Of a DNA stretch of 64,000 nt, positions 26,178 to 37,249 are shown piece after piece; positions within the stretch are counted from its first letter, which is position 1; every line of letters starts with the position of its first letter. This DNA is from Octopus bimaculoides (taxonomy: Eukaryota), in assembly GCF_001194135.2 (NCBI RefSeq), contig NC_068982.1:5408296-5472295 (forward strand), given 5' to 3'. The translations under genes were made by a program, and so were the position numbers. A model generated the notes under the pieces. It had not been told where the DNA came from and searched no databases. It saw only the letters and a program-made list of their open reading frames with translations.

Positions 26178-26400
26178 GGCACTGTCACCAGTTCTTCACT
26201 TACACGGCACTGTCACCAGTTCTTTTACATGGCACCGTCACCAGGTCTTTTACGCGGCACCATCACCAGTTCTTTTATGCGGCACTGTCACCAGTTCTTC
26301 TTTTATGCGGCACCATCGCCAGTTCTTTTATGCGGCACCGTCACCAGTTCTTCTTTTATGTGGCACCATCACCAGTTCTTGACGTGGCACTGTCACCGTT
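26178..26400. repeat. 25/28-bp tandem repeat, about 9 units (GGCAC[CT][GA]TCACCAGTTCTTTTA[CT]G[CT])
   Basis: Read directly; some units carry an extra TTC. Confidence 0.85.
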
Positions 26401-26737
26401 GTTTTTTGCAATGGCAGCATGGGTACCTATTTTGTGGCTCCAGCATGGCTGCCTATTATGTGGCTCCAGCATGGGTGCTTTTTTTTACATGGCACCAGTG
26501 GAACAAAAATACTTACTTGCAAAACCTGCATTGGTTGGTAGCAAGAAGGGGCCTTTATCTGAAGAACATTGCCTGAAGAAGTCTTGATCGACCCATGTCA
26601 GAACGGAAAGAGATGTAAAATGCAATGACGAGAGTGGTGATGATGAGCATCCGTCCACTAAGAATTTTCTGCTTCCTCATCATACAACCTACATACAAAA
26701 GCAATATAAATTAGGAATAATGCAAGAATAGACTTAC

Positions 26738-26847
26738 AGCAAAAATGACTGTTGCTATGGATCCCAGAGCACTGAAGCCTGCATTGAATGCAATCCAAAT
26801 TAAAAATGTAATCCCCAGGCAGTTCTGTCTGTTGCACATATTAAAAT
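26738..26847 (-). CDS. CLCN7: CLCN7 exon, (Y)FNMCNRQNCLGITFLIWIAFNAGFSALGSIATVIFA (110 nt, phase 1-0; helix C)
   Basis: Acceptor aaacag| and donor GCT|GTAAGT. Phase fits both neighbouring exons. Confidence 0.93.
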
Positions 26848-26900
26848 CTGTTTTGTGAGTTAAGGTGACACAGAAGAAAAGGTAAACAATAAACATTATA

Positions 26901-27006
26901 CAGTTCTATATTTAAGAGATGAGGAATTATTTGACGGGCATATGGCATTGTGGTTAAGAGCCCGGGCTACTAACCCCAAGATTCCAAGTTCGATTCCAGG
27001 CAGTGA

Positions 27007-27038
<32 letters not shown>

Positions 27039-27645
27039 TCGAAAAATACCTTAGGAATGAGAACCCAGGCTCGAAACTTTCCCAAAATACCTGATGAAGG
27101 CTGGAGGGTATATCAGCTGAAACACTGTGTTAACAACAGAACCATATTCGATGACTGTCACCTGTGCCAGTGGAGCACTAACAGCACCATCTGAGCATGA
27201 TCATTGCCAGAGCAGCTGTCTGGCTTCCATATCAGTGGCACGTAAATAGCACCATTTGAGCGTGATCGTTACCAAACATCGCCTTACTAGCACTTGTGCC
27301 GGTCGCACATTAGAAAACATTCGAGTGAAGTCGTTGTCAGTGCCGCTGGATTGGCTCCTGTGCAAGTGGCATGTAAAAGAACACCATTTTGAGCGTGGCC
27401 ATTGCCAGTACCAACTGACTGGCCCTCGTGCCGGTGGCACGTAAAAGCACTCACTACACTCTTGGAGTGGTTGGTGTTAGGAAGGGCATCCAGCTGTAGA
27501 AACTCTGCCAGATCAGATTGGAGCCTGGTGCAGCCATCCGGTTCACCAGTCCTTAGTCAAATCATCCAACCCATACTAGCATGGAAAGCGGACGTTAAAC
27601 GATGATGATGATGAGGACAAATATCCGTTAAATGTAAATAATGTA
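26901..27645 (+). mobile_element. Copy of the tRNA-head/hammerhead element, carrying a nested (GAT)n-tailed SINE at ~27145-27612
   Basis: 13-bp TSD AATAAACATTATA (26888-26900 and 27646-27658). The host sequence resumes at GAGGACAAATATCCG after the nested element's GAT tail. Hammerhead core is decayed (GAAACACT). Confidence 0.8.
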
Positions 27646-27686
27646 AATAAACATTATATTTAGCATGAAAGAGGAAGTCTCTACAT

Positions 27687-28055
27687 CCGTGGTTCTAAAC
27701 TGGGGTTTATATGACACCCTGGTAGTCCATAGAAGAGTTTTGGGTGTCCAAGTTAGTATTTTGGGGGTTCATTTTGCTTTGATGTAGTGCAAAAAGCGAC
27801 TTGGTTTCTTTCTTTAATTTTTTATGTAGTTAAACACGTTTCCGGTCATTGAAACCCAGAGTCTCTTGGAGAGAGTGGCTTTTGCAGACCTGCACAAGAG
27901 AACATGTGAAAAACAAAATAAGAATTTTGAGAGAAGTGTTTATGAAGTGAGTTTCTAAACATCAAACGAAAATGGGGGTCTACCAGAAAAAAAAAAAAAA
28001 AAAAAACAGTAATCAAAAACAAAAACAGTAATCAAAATATGGTTGAGAACCACTG
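27687..28055. mobile_element. hAT (Charlie-like) MITE
   Basis: Termini CCGTGGTTCT / GAGAACCACTG and 8-bp TSD CTCTACAT / CTTTACAT. Partial copy at ~21833-21960. Confidence 0.75.
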
Positions 28056-29093
28056 CTTTACATGGTAGCCTGACATGTTGGAAACAGCAGCCAAATTGCC
28101 TTCAAATCATATTTTACTGTAGTGGAGAATGTAACGGAAATACTGTAGGACGGGCTTGACTGAAACACTTTACCTTATATATGCTCAATGGTTTACGGCT
28201 GCTTCTGATGTCGGTGGTTTTGGTAATTTTAATTCAAGACAGTTAAAAGAAAGAATAAAAATTCTTTGAACAGGCACAGGCATGGCTGTGTGGAAAGAAG
28301 CTTGCTTCCCAGTTACATGGTTCTAGGTTCAATCCCATTGCATGGAACTTTGTGAAAGGATTTGGGAGATGGAAACTGAAAGAAGCTTGTGTGTGTGTGT
28401 GTGTGTGTGTTTGACTTCACCACTGCTTGACAACTAATGTTGGTGTGTTTACATCCCCATTCAGCAAAGGGGACCAATAGAAAATCAAGTACTTGGGTCC
28501 GTTCATTCAAGTGAAGCATTTAAGGCAGTGCCCCAGCATGGCCACAGTCTAATGACAAAGAAAGATAAATGATAAAAAAAAATCACAGGCAGTCATAGCA
28601 GTGGAGTCAAGATGTCATTTAACATCCGCTTTCTGTGCTGGCATGGGTTGGAAGGTTTGACTGAGGACTGGTGAGCCAGAAGGCTGCACCAGGCTCCAAT
28701 CTGATCTGGCAGAGTTTCTACAGCTGGATGCCCTTCCTACCGCCAACCACTCAGAGAGTGTAGTGAGTGCTTTTACGTGCCACTGGCATGGGAGCCAGTC
28801 AGGAGGCACTGACATTGACCACTTTTGGATGGTGCTTTTTATGTGCCACCAGAACGGGGGCCAGTCAGGGGATACTGGCATCGACCATGTTCGGATGCTG
28901 CTTTTTACGTGCCACCAGCACAGGGAGCCAGCCAGGCAACACTAGCATCGACCTGTTAAGATAAGTAACAGACTGGAGACTGGAAAAAGTGCTGGAAGGC
29001 TCTGCCCCAGTATGGCCACATTTCAATGACTGAAATCCGTAAGAGAAGGAAAAGAATAAAAACATTATGGCAATTGCAATTGAAAAAGGATAC

Positions 29094-29226
29094 AATGTTT
29101 GATCTGATAGAATTTGAAGCCTGCTACCGTTGTCACTCCATAATCTATGAGACAAGCTATGAGCCCCGTAAGGACTCCAATTGAAAACATTACAAACCAT
29201 CGCACCATACCAATGTAAATGTTTTT
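29094..29226 (-). CDS. CLCN7: CLCN7 exon, KNIYIGMVRWFVMFSIGVLTGLIACLIDYGVTTVAGFKFYQIKH (133 nt, phase 0-1; helix B)
   Basis: Acceptor ttttacag| and donor |GTATCC. Matches RW..IG.LTGL.AC.ID of ClC-7. Confidence 0.95.
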
Positions 29227-29299
29227 CTGTAAAAAAGAAAACAACAACAACAATGAAACAAATAAAATAGAAAGACAACACAGTACAGAGAATATTTAA

Positions 29300-29515
29300 T
29301 CCTTTCGTTACTGTATTTGGAGATACTCAGTGTTTCTATCAATCATTTCAGATATAACAAAGAATTCAGTTAAATAACTTTGTTATCATTAAACTAGTGT
29401 TAGGAACATAAATTGTGACTAAGGTTTGGTGGAAGATTTTAATTTAAAACTTATGAAAACAAGACATTTGTACTCAGAGCCAGAACTGGTTTCAGCTGGG
29501 TTGGTAACGAAAGGG
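29300..29515. mobile_element. TTAA-flanked MITE, reverse copy of 11308-11528
   Basis: TTAA|TCCTTTCG...CGAAAGGG|TTAA, with internal sequence reverse-complementary to 11308-11528. Confidence 0.8.
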
Positions 29516-29584
29516 TTAAAAGAAACAGATTGATTATAATTGCTGATTATAATTACTAACATTTATAAAGGTGACAAGTTATTT

Positions 29585-29905
29585 GTAAATCTCACAACAA
29601 GAGATATTCAGCGAGAGTACTTTGGAGTAAAGGTTGTTTGCCAACATAACATGGCAGTCCTGGTTTAGGACGAATGTTGTTGTAATTTAGCCCCAGGAGA
29701 CATGGTCTCCAGCTGGCTATATGACATGAGCTGTGTCCTTATATTTTCGAACAAGGGGGTGCTATATTTTCTTGTTTGAAAATATAAGGACACAGATCGT
29801 GTCGTATAGCCAGCTGGAGACCATGTCTCCTGGGGTTAAATTACAGCAACATTCATCCTAAACCAGGACTGCCATGCTATGTTGGTAAACAATCTTTACT
29901 CTGCA
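29585..29905. repeat. Fold-back (palindromic) element, ~130-bp arms with a ~15-nt spacer
   Basis: 29625-29754 is reverse-complementary to 29770-29901. Confidence 0.9.
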
Positions 29906-30033
29906 GCAGTTTTGTTGGCATAAGTAGTGTTGATAGATCTGTCTTGGAAAACGAGGAGTGCTGTGAAGAAGTGAGATTTGAAACCAGATTAGCCAGAAGC
30001 TGAAAAGAGGATTCACTTCCAGAAGTAACTTAC

Positions 30034-30099
30034 CCATTTTGTTCTGTCAATCAGTTCCTTTTCATAAATGCTGTTTTCAACCGGGTCATAATCTAAACT
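30034..30099 (-). CDS. CLCN7: CLCN7 exon, SLDYDPVENSIYEKELIDRTKW (66 nt, phase 0-0)
   Basis: Acceptor ttcaag|AGT and donor TGG|GTAAGT. Carries the conserved SLDYD motif of ClC-6/7. Confidence 0.95.
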
Positions 30100-30344
30100 C
30101 TTGAAATTGAAAATAAAAGAAAGAAAATAAAGAAAATTTCGAATCTTTTATGGCATTTAATTGTTTCTTCTGAGCAGATTTAATCAGTTATTGAAATTAA
30201 ATATTATGAAAACATTTAGTCAAAAATTCTATTTTCTTAGTTCTAAACACCTTCGTTGTAAGTAATTCCCACACCCCTAACACTGAACGGATAAAAATAA
30301 TTTACTGAAATATTATCACAATATAATTCCTTAGAAAATTGCTA

Positions 30345-30720
30345 TTTCTAAATCTCACAATGAGAGATATTCAGCAACAGTATTTTGGAGTAAAGATTGT
30401 TTGCCAACATAACATGGCAGTCCTGGTTTAGGATGAATGTTGCTGTAATTTAGTCACAGGAGACATTGTTTCCAACTGGCTATACAACACGATCTGTGTC
30501 CTTATATTTTCGAACAAGGGAATGTAGCACCCCCACTCAGCTCAAAACAATATCTGTGTATCGTGATTTCCGAGTTATTTCCCTTCATCAGCACAGAATA
30601 ATTGTTTGGCTAGAGGTGGCGCTGCCAAATTCCCTGATCTATAAATTAGAATAAATTACAGCAACATTTGTCCTGAACCAGGACTGCCATGTTATGTTGG
30701 CAAATAATCTTTACTGCAAT
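30345..30720. repeat. Second copy of the fold-back element, with a hammerhead motif in the spacer
   Basis: Left arm 30388-30519 matches 29625-29754; shorter right arm at 30652-30717. Confidence 0.85.
30553..30597 (-). ncRNA. Minimal type I hammerhead motif, second family, in the spacer of a fold-back element
   Basis: UCUGUG-CUGAUGA-A-GGG(aaauaa)CUC-G-GAAA-UCACG-AUA|CACAGA. Helix I is 6 bp and helix III is the near-palindrome AUCACGAU. Confidence 0.6.
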
Positions 30721-30948
30721 ATAATTCCTGTTCAATGAACTGGACAAAAAGATGAAACAATCGTCAATGGAGTAATGAACTACTAACTGGCAGGTCAAAC
30801 AATTCTACACTGTTCGTAGCTGCCAAGAAATAAGTAGCAGATCTTCTGAAAGTACCACTTGCAAGTAATTAGAGCCATGACTAATATCACATACATCACT
30901 AATCTACTTGAGATTAAACGCTGCTTAGTTCCATATAAAACATTGCTA

Positions 30949-31319
30949 TATTATTTACATTATTTACATTCGACGGATATTTGTCCTCATCTTGTTTGTT
31001 GTTAACACGACGTTTCGGCTGATATACCCTCCAGCCTTCATCAGGTGTCTTGGGGAAATTTCAAACCTGAATTCTCATTCCTAAGGTACTTTTCGATGTT
31101 ATTATTATTACTATTATCATTATTCAGGTCACTGCCTGGAATCGAACTCAGAAACTTGGGGTTAGTAGCCTGCACTCTTAACCACTACGCCATATCCCCA
31201 TGATGAAGGCAGGAGGGTATATCAGCCGACACATTGTGTTAACAACAAACAAGATGAGGACAAATATCCGTCAAATGTAAATAATGTACATAATTCCTCA
31301 TCTCTTAAATATAGAACTG
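30949..31319 (-). mobile_element. Composite non-autonomous retroelement: inverted arm + tRNA-like head + (AAT)n + hammerhead + short repeat tail
   Basis: 13-bp TSD TAAAACATTGCTA (30936-30948 and 31320-31332). A-box TGGCGTAGTGGTTAAG and B-box-like sequence on the minus strand. Related copies at 26901-27645, 38868-39129, ~44945-45300 and 12265-12705. Confidence 0.8.
31004..31049 (-). ncRNA. Minimal type I hammerhead ribozyme (Penelope-like element type), intact core
   Basis: GACAC-CUGAUGA-A-GGCUG(gagggUAUAU)CAGCC-GAAA-C-GUC|GUGUU. Helix I is 5 bp, helix II 5 bp, and helix III is reduced to the palindrome ACGU. Confidence 0.8.
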
Positions 31320-31744
31320 TAAAACATTGCTAAGTGCAATAACCATATGATATTTTGTTAAATATAAATATATATACACATAAGTGCAAGCATGGTATGT
31401 GGTAAGAAGTTTGCTTCCTAACCACATGGGTGGCACCTTGGGCAAGTGTCTTCTACTATAGATTCAAGTCAATCAAAGCCTTGTGACAGAAACTGAAAGA
31501 AGCTGATCATATATGTGTGTGTATGTGTGAGTGCGTTTGTATTTGTCCCCTACCACGACTTGACAACTGGTGTTGGTTTGTTTACATCTATGTATCCGAG
31601 CAGTATGGAAAAGAGACTTATGTACCAGACTTTAAAAAAAACAAAAAAACAAGCACTGGGGTTGATTTGTTTGACTAAAATTCTTCAAGGCATGGTTGCA
31701 GTTTAATGATTGAACCAAAAGATTAAAGATAAAAGCAATAATAC

Positions 31745-31810
31745 CTCATAAAGATTGCTGAGACAAGTATTTTCAACCCCTTCCTGAATAATTTCTGTGT
31801 ATTGATCCCC
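31745..31810 (-). CDS. CLCN7: CLCN7 exon, GDQYTEIIQEGVENTCLSNLYE (66 nt, phase 0-0)
   Basis: Poly-T acceptor tttttag|GGG and donor GAG|GTATT. Ends in YE, which joins SLDYD as in human KYE|SLDYD. Confidence 0.85.
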
Positions 31811-31989
31811 CTAAAAAAAAAAAAAAGAAAAGGAATTCAGTTAAACATTTATTTATAACATACATTCAATAAAAATTCCAACTGGTATTCACTATTGTAC
31901 AACTAATTGTTCTATATTGTTATGAAGTCCCTTGGTGCCAGAACACTTGGCAGGATTATGGATTACCATTGGTTGGATTTTATAATCAA

Positions 31990-32250
31990 CTGAATTTACT
32001 TAGAAACTGAGATGTGTCTTGTTACTTGTATGATTTGGGAGAGCCAGCTCATATTGTTTGGCCACGTTGCTCGATTTGTTGGGTGACCACATGCCACATG
32101 GTGATGTCGGATGAGGAGGTATCTTGTGGAGATGGGGACTGACTGGAACTCTGCTCCACAAGCTGCCCAGGAGGACCCAGGAATATACCAACAAACAGTG
32201 AATGCAATAACATGCTACAAAGGCGCATGCCCTCACACCACACCTGACCA
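31990..32250 (+). mobile_element. RTE LINE 3' fragment
   Basis: Relic WESQLILFGHVARF of the R..QL.LFGHVAR motif. Confidence 0.5.
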
Positions 32251-35049
32251 GTTATGTTAATTATGGATAATAGGGTTGCATGGGGTCATAAGAAATTTGT
32301 GTTCGTGTATACTGGCCTAGAACAGCTTAAAATTATCATTGTTTAACGTCCTCCTTCCATGCTGGCATGGGTTGGATGGTTTGATAGGAGCTGGCCAGAC
32401 AGAAGCCTCCTGCACCAAACTTCTGTGTCTATTTTGGCACAGGTTTTATGGCCGAGTGCCCTCCGTAACACCAACCTCTCCGCAGAATGGGCTGAGTGCT
32501 TTTTACATGGCACCAGCACAGGTGAGGTCAGTTTTGGCATGGTTTTTACAGCTGGATGCCCTTCCAGATGCCAACCACTTTACAGGGTGGACTGGATGCT
32601 TTTTAAGTGGCACCTGCATTGGAAGGGTCACCAAGGAACTTGTTAGACAAGGAATCTTTGGTAGGGGAGGGGGCATTGGAGAAGGTGATCTTGTGCCAGA
32701 TGATGAAAGGTTAGAGTGTGAAAGACAGACAGAAATAGATGTCTTGCTGTAGAGGAAGTACATGGTTACTCAGTCAGAGAGAGAGGGAGAGGGGGAGAGA
32801 GGGGGGGGAGAAAGAAAGGGAAATTGTGTTAACAAGAAAGAGGACAGACACGGGTGTGCTGCTGTAAAGGAGATACAAGTTTACCTAGCCAGTGGAGAAG
32901 AATGCTATTACAAAGTATAGACAAAATGACATTATAAGGTAACGACTACCAAAGTGTAGAATACATTGAAGATTGGAAGAGGACTTCTTGGGATTATGGT
33001 TTACAACGATTTTCACACTTGAGAAGTTACTATATATTCAATTATGCCAGAGATGAATCAAACTTGTGTTTAACAATAATTTTACTGCGGTCTCTGACAG
33101 ATTTAGTATTCGGTTTCAAAGACATATGAAATGAGATGAGAATTGTAGATTCAATTTATTTTTACTAAGTCTGGTTACTTTGATGAAATAGAATGGCTTG
33201 GAATAACAAAAGAGGAGGCTGAAGATGGCATTACAGATTACTGGAGAAAATTTCATTGCATCTCAGCAAAACTCAGTGAATGAATAAGACCATACACATT
33301 GAAAGAACAGCCAGGAAAACCAGTGAAGATATTACAAATTTCCATGGTGAGCAGGAGGAATTAAATGGATAATTTGCAGAAGAGACTTTTTAGAGAAGCT
33401 TTTTGCCAAAGAACAAACAGGAAAACTGATTGAAAGCAGTTTTCCATAGTTTTGTCTTATGTCACAGCTGAGAAAACCTTTAACCCTTCAGCAGTTAAAC
33501 TGGTCATATCCAGCCCAAATATTCTGCGTGATTTATGGTCAAACTGGCCAGATCCAACCACTTACACCTACCCTACAATGTCATTCTAAAAATAAGCAAT
33601 CACATCAAAATTTCAAAACCATGAGATAATGCATGATTAATTGAAATAAATAAGTATTGCAATTGACAGAGGAATCTGAATGCTTAACGGTCAAATCGAA
33701 GGCGCCACTTGTACAGTTCAAGTGGAAGAGTCCAATACCAGAATTATGGACAGCATGACTATGACTAGCTGTAATTGTTAGGCGGTTGTGGTGGGGAAAT
33801 TCTAAAAGTTTAGTGCTTTCAAAGTGAGTGCCACAGTGACTGAGAGCAAAGCTTGTGAGTACCACACAAAATAAATGTGGAGAGACACAGGAAAAGTAGC
33901 TTAACTGTTTAGCATTTTAAACCAGTCATATCCAGCCCAAATATTCTACCCACGTTAAGTTCAAACCAGCCAGGTTTGACCCCCATACATCTCTACAATG
34001 TCACTCTAAAAATATAGAATTTGGATGAGGTTAGCTTGTGTAAAGAATTGCCAATCTCTAACTGCGGAGGGAACCTGTGGAAGAGGTAGACACAGGAAGA
34101 CATGGGATAAGGTGGTGAAGCATGATTTTTGAACTTTGGTCCTCACAGAGGCAATGTCCAGTGACCAAGACCTTTGGTGATATGCTGTGCTTGAGAAGAC
34201 CTGTCAAGCCAAGTGAAATTGTAGTCAAGGGTGATGTTGGTGTCCCGTAACAGGCACATAAAAAGCACCTTTTGAGCATTGGACCTCATGGAGGCAAAGT
34301 GGCTGATGCTGGTGGCACATGAAAAGCTCCTTTCAAGTGTTGGGCCCATGGAAGCAATGACCAAGACCTTTGGCATTATGTCATGCTTGAGAAGAGGACC
34401 CATCAAGCCAAGTAAAATCGCAGTCGTAGCAGATACTGGTGACATGTAAAAGCACCCATTACACTCTCAGAGGGGTTGGCATTAGGAAGGGCATCCAACC
34501 ATAGAAAGCATACCAAATCAGACTGGAGTCTGGTGCAGCCTTCCAGCCCATCAGCCCTGGTCAAACTGTCCAACCCATGCCAGCATGGACAACGGGCATT
34601 AAATGTTGATGATGATCATCACCAAAATCTAAAAGCTACGAGAAAAGACACAATTACTTTGAAACAATGGGAATAAATAAGTGTTACATTTGAGAGAGGA
34701 ATCTGAATGCTAAGGGGTTACAGAGATGCTTTTCTGTCGGTGAACGAAAAAGAATAACATGTAAACCAAGAATGGTCAGAATTTAATTGATTTGGCAACT
34801 AAACCAATAACAGCAGCTGTCAAGGTTTTGTTGACAATGTAAGAATGCTATCGATAATTTTAGAGGTGTTTCAAACTAATGTGACCTTTTGATCTAATTT
34901 TAATTTTATTTTATCTTTTGTATGTTTTCTTAATAGGTCATTACAACTGAATCGTTTCATTTAAAGTACTTTCTTTATCCAAACCAAAATATCTTCTCAT
35001 AAATATCTTTGCTATATGTATCTATCCATCATTTCACATTATGTTATTT

Positions 35050-35460
35050 ATCATCGTTTAACATCCGCTTTCCATGCTAGCATGGGTTGAACGATTTGAC
35101 TGGGGACTGGTGAACCAGATGGCTACACCAGACTCCAATCTAATTTGACAGTGTTTCTACAGCTGGATGCCCTTCCTAATGCCAACCACTCTGAGAATGT
35201 AGTGGGTGCTTTTTACGTGCCACCGGCACGAGGGCCAGTCTGGCAGTACTGGCAACAGCCAAGCTCAAATGGTGTTTTTTTATGTGCCACCTGCACAGGA
35301 GTCAGTCCGATGTTTTGTTGACATGCCACCGGCACAAGTGCCAGCAAGGCGAAGCTGGAAACGATCGCGCTCAAATGGTGCTTTTTACGTGCCACCAGCA
35401 CAGGAGTGAGACTGCTGCTCTGGCAGTGATTCTGCTTGGATGGTGCTGTTAGCGCTCCAC
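35050..35460 (-). mobile_element. (GAT)n-tailed SINE family B (RTE-like 3' end); representative copy
   Basis: Shared GTTTAACGTCCGCTTTCCATGCTAGCATGGGTTGGACG...CTGGATGCCCTTCCTAACGCCAACCAC. Other copies at ~705, 7822-8110, 10748-10975, 19255-19445, 21365-21470, 27145-27612, 28615-28950, 32335-32640, 34440-34620, 36550-36740, 37705-37870, 41050-41223 and 42178-42330. Confidence 0.85.
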
Positions 35461-35988
35461 TGGTACGGGTGCCAAGAAAATTCAGAAACTCTGCTTAAAC
35501 CCCTTCCTTAACAAATTTCTGTTGAAATACTCTGCCTTTGTTTCAGAGGATTTAGAGAATAATGACAGATTTAGTAAAAATACCATCATCATTATTAAGC
35601 CGATGTTTAGAACATAAATTAATGTGAAAATTTGATGGTAGGCTTTGATTTAAACCCTTTTAAAATCAGAAGTTTGTATTACAAAGCCAGTCACAGATGG
35701 GATGGTATGAAAAGAATGCCATTGCAACAAAATTCTCTTTCAAAGGTCGTATTCTATTCAGACTTGTGGTAAGCAAGGAAAGAGTTTAGACATTTTAACA
35801 AAAGATTTAGGTCAACTATCAAAAGAGAAAGTTGTTCCCTGTTGATTTCGTTGTATTTTAAAAGGAAATGTAACTTTCAACACACACACACAGACTTCTA
35901 ATTTTACTGTGGGTTATTTTAGTCCAATGCCAGCATGGAAAACGGATGTTAAATGATAATGTGAATAGAAGCATTATTAGCTGCTTAC

Positions 35989-36009
35989 AGACACATCCAT
36001 AACAAAATT
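35989..36009 (-). CDS. Candidate 21-nt CLCN7 micro-exon, NFVMDVS (phase 0-0)
   Basis: Pyrimidine tract tttttctgttctgcatcttgttcag| and donor TCT|GTAAGC; in frame with both flanking exons. No homology support. Confidence 0.3.
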
Positions 36010-36879
36010 CTGAACAAGATGCAGAACAGAAAAAGTTTGCTGCAAAACTGTCTTTTAGTTCCTTAATTGCATCAAGAGGCACAGGCATGATTGTGTGCTA
36101 AGAAGCTTGCATTCCAACCACATGGTCTTGGGTTCAATACCACTGCATAACACCTTGGGCAGGTGTATTCTACTATAACCTCAGGCTGACCAATGCCTTG
36201 TAAGTGGATTTGGTAGACGGAAACTGAAAGAAGCCTGTCACATACGTGTATGTATGTGTGTGTCCCACCATTGCTTGATAACAGGTGTTGATGTGTTTAC
36301 TTAGCAGCTCGGCAAGAGAGGCAGGTACAATAAATACCTGGCTTAAAAAAAAAACACAAGTCCCGGGGTCGATTCGTTCAACTAAAACTCCTTCAAAGGA
36401 GTGCCCTAGCATGGCCACAGTCTAATGATGGAAACAAAAGATAATGTAACAAAGTTATGAGCTGGACGCAAAACAGATAAAGCTACTGCAATATTCTTTC
36501 AGTTTCTTAATACCATTAAGACATTCAAGAGAGAACAGAAAATACCTGATCATCATCATCATCATTTAGCGTCCATGTTCCATGCTAGCATGGGTGGGAT
36601 GGTACCACAAGAGCCGGCCAGGCCAAAACCTGCACCAGGCACCTGTGATTGTTTTGGCAAGATTTTTACAGCTGGATGGCCTTCCTGACGCCAACCGTGT
36701 GGACTGGGTGCTTTTGAGTGGCACCTGCACTGACAGGGTCGCCAAGTACTTGCAAGACAAAAACTTAATAGGGGAGGAGGCATTGGAGGAGGTGATCTTG
36801 TGTTGGATGAGGAAAAGGTTGTAGCGAGACAGATAGAAGTGTCTTGGTGGAGAGGAAGTACAAGATTACCTGGCCAGTG

Positions 36880-37200
36880 TATACATACATACACATATAT
36901 ATAAATGTATATACACACACATATATACAAACATACATATAAATATATACACACACACATAAATATATACACACACATATATACACATACATACATATAA
37001 ATATATACACACATATATATATACACACAAATACATATAAATATATACACACAAACATATATATACATACATATATACACACATATATACATATGCACAC
37101 ATACATATATATATACACACACACACACACACAGATATATACACACAAACATATATATACATACATATATACACACATATATACATATGCACACATACAT

Positions 37201-37249
<49 letters not shown>

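Noticed and set aside
26936-27008. tRNA gene
   Set aside because: Has A/B boxes and an anticodon-like loop (CT-ACT-AA) but no acceptor stem, and recurs as the head of a TSD-flanked repeat, so it is a SINE head.
10154-31810. Assignment as CLCN6 or a ClC-3/4/5 paralog
   Set aside because: [32 protein letters not shown] and PGLINFG, the exon sizes and the N-terminal dileucine all fit ClC-7 better.
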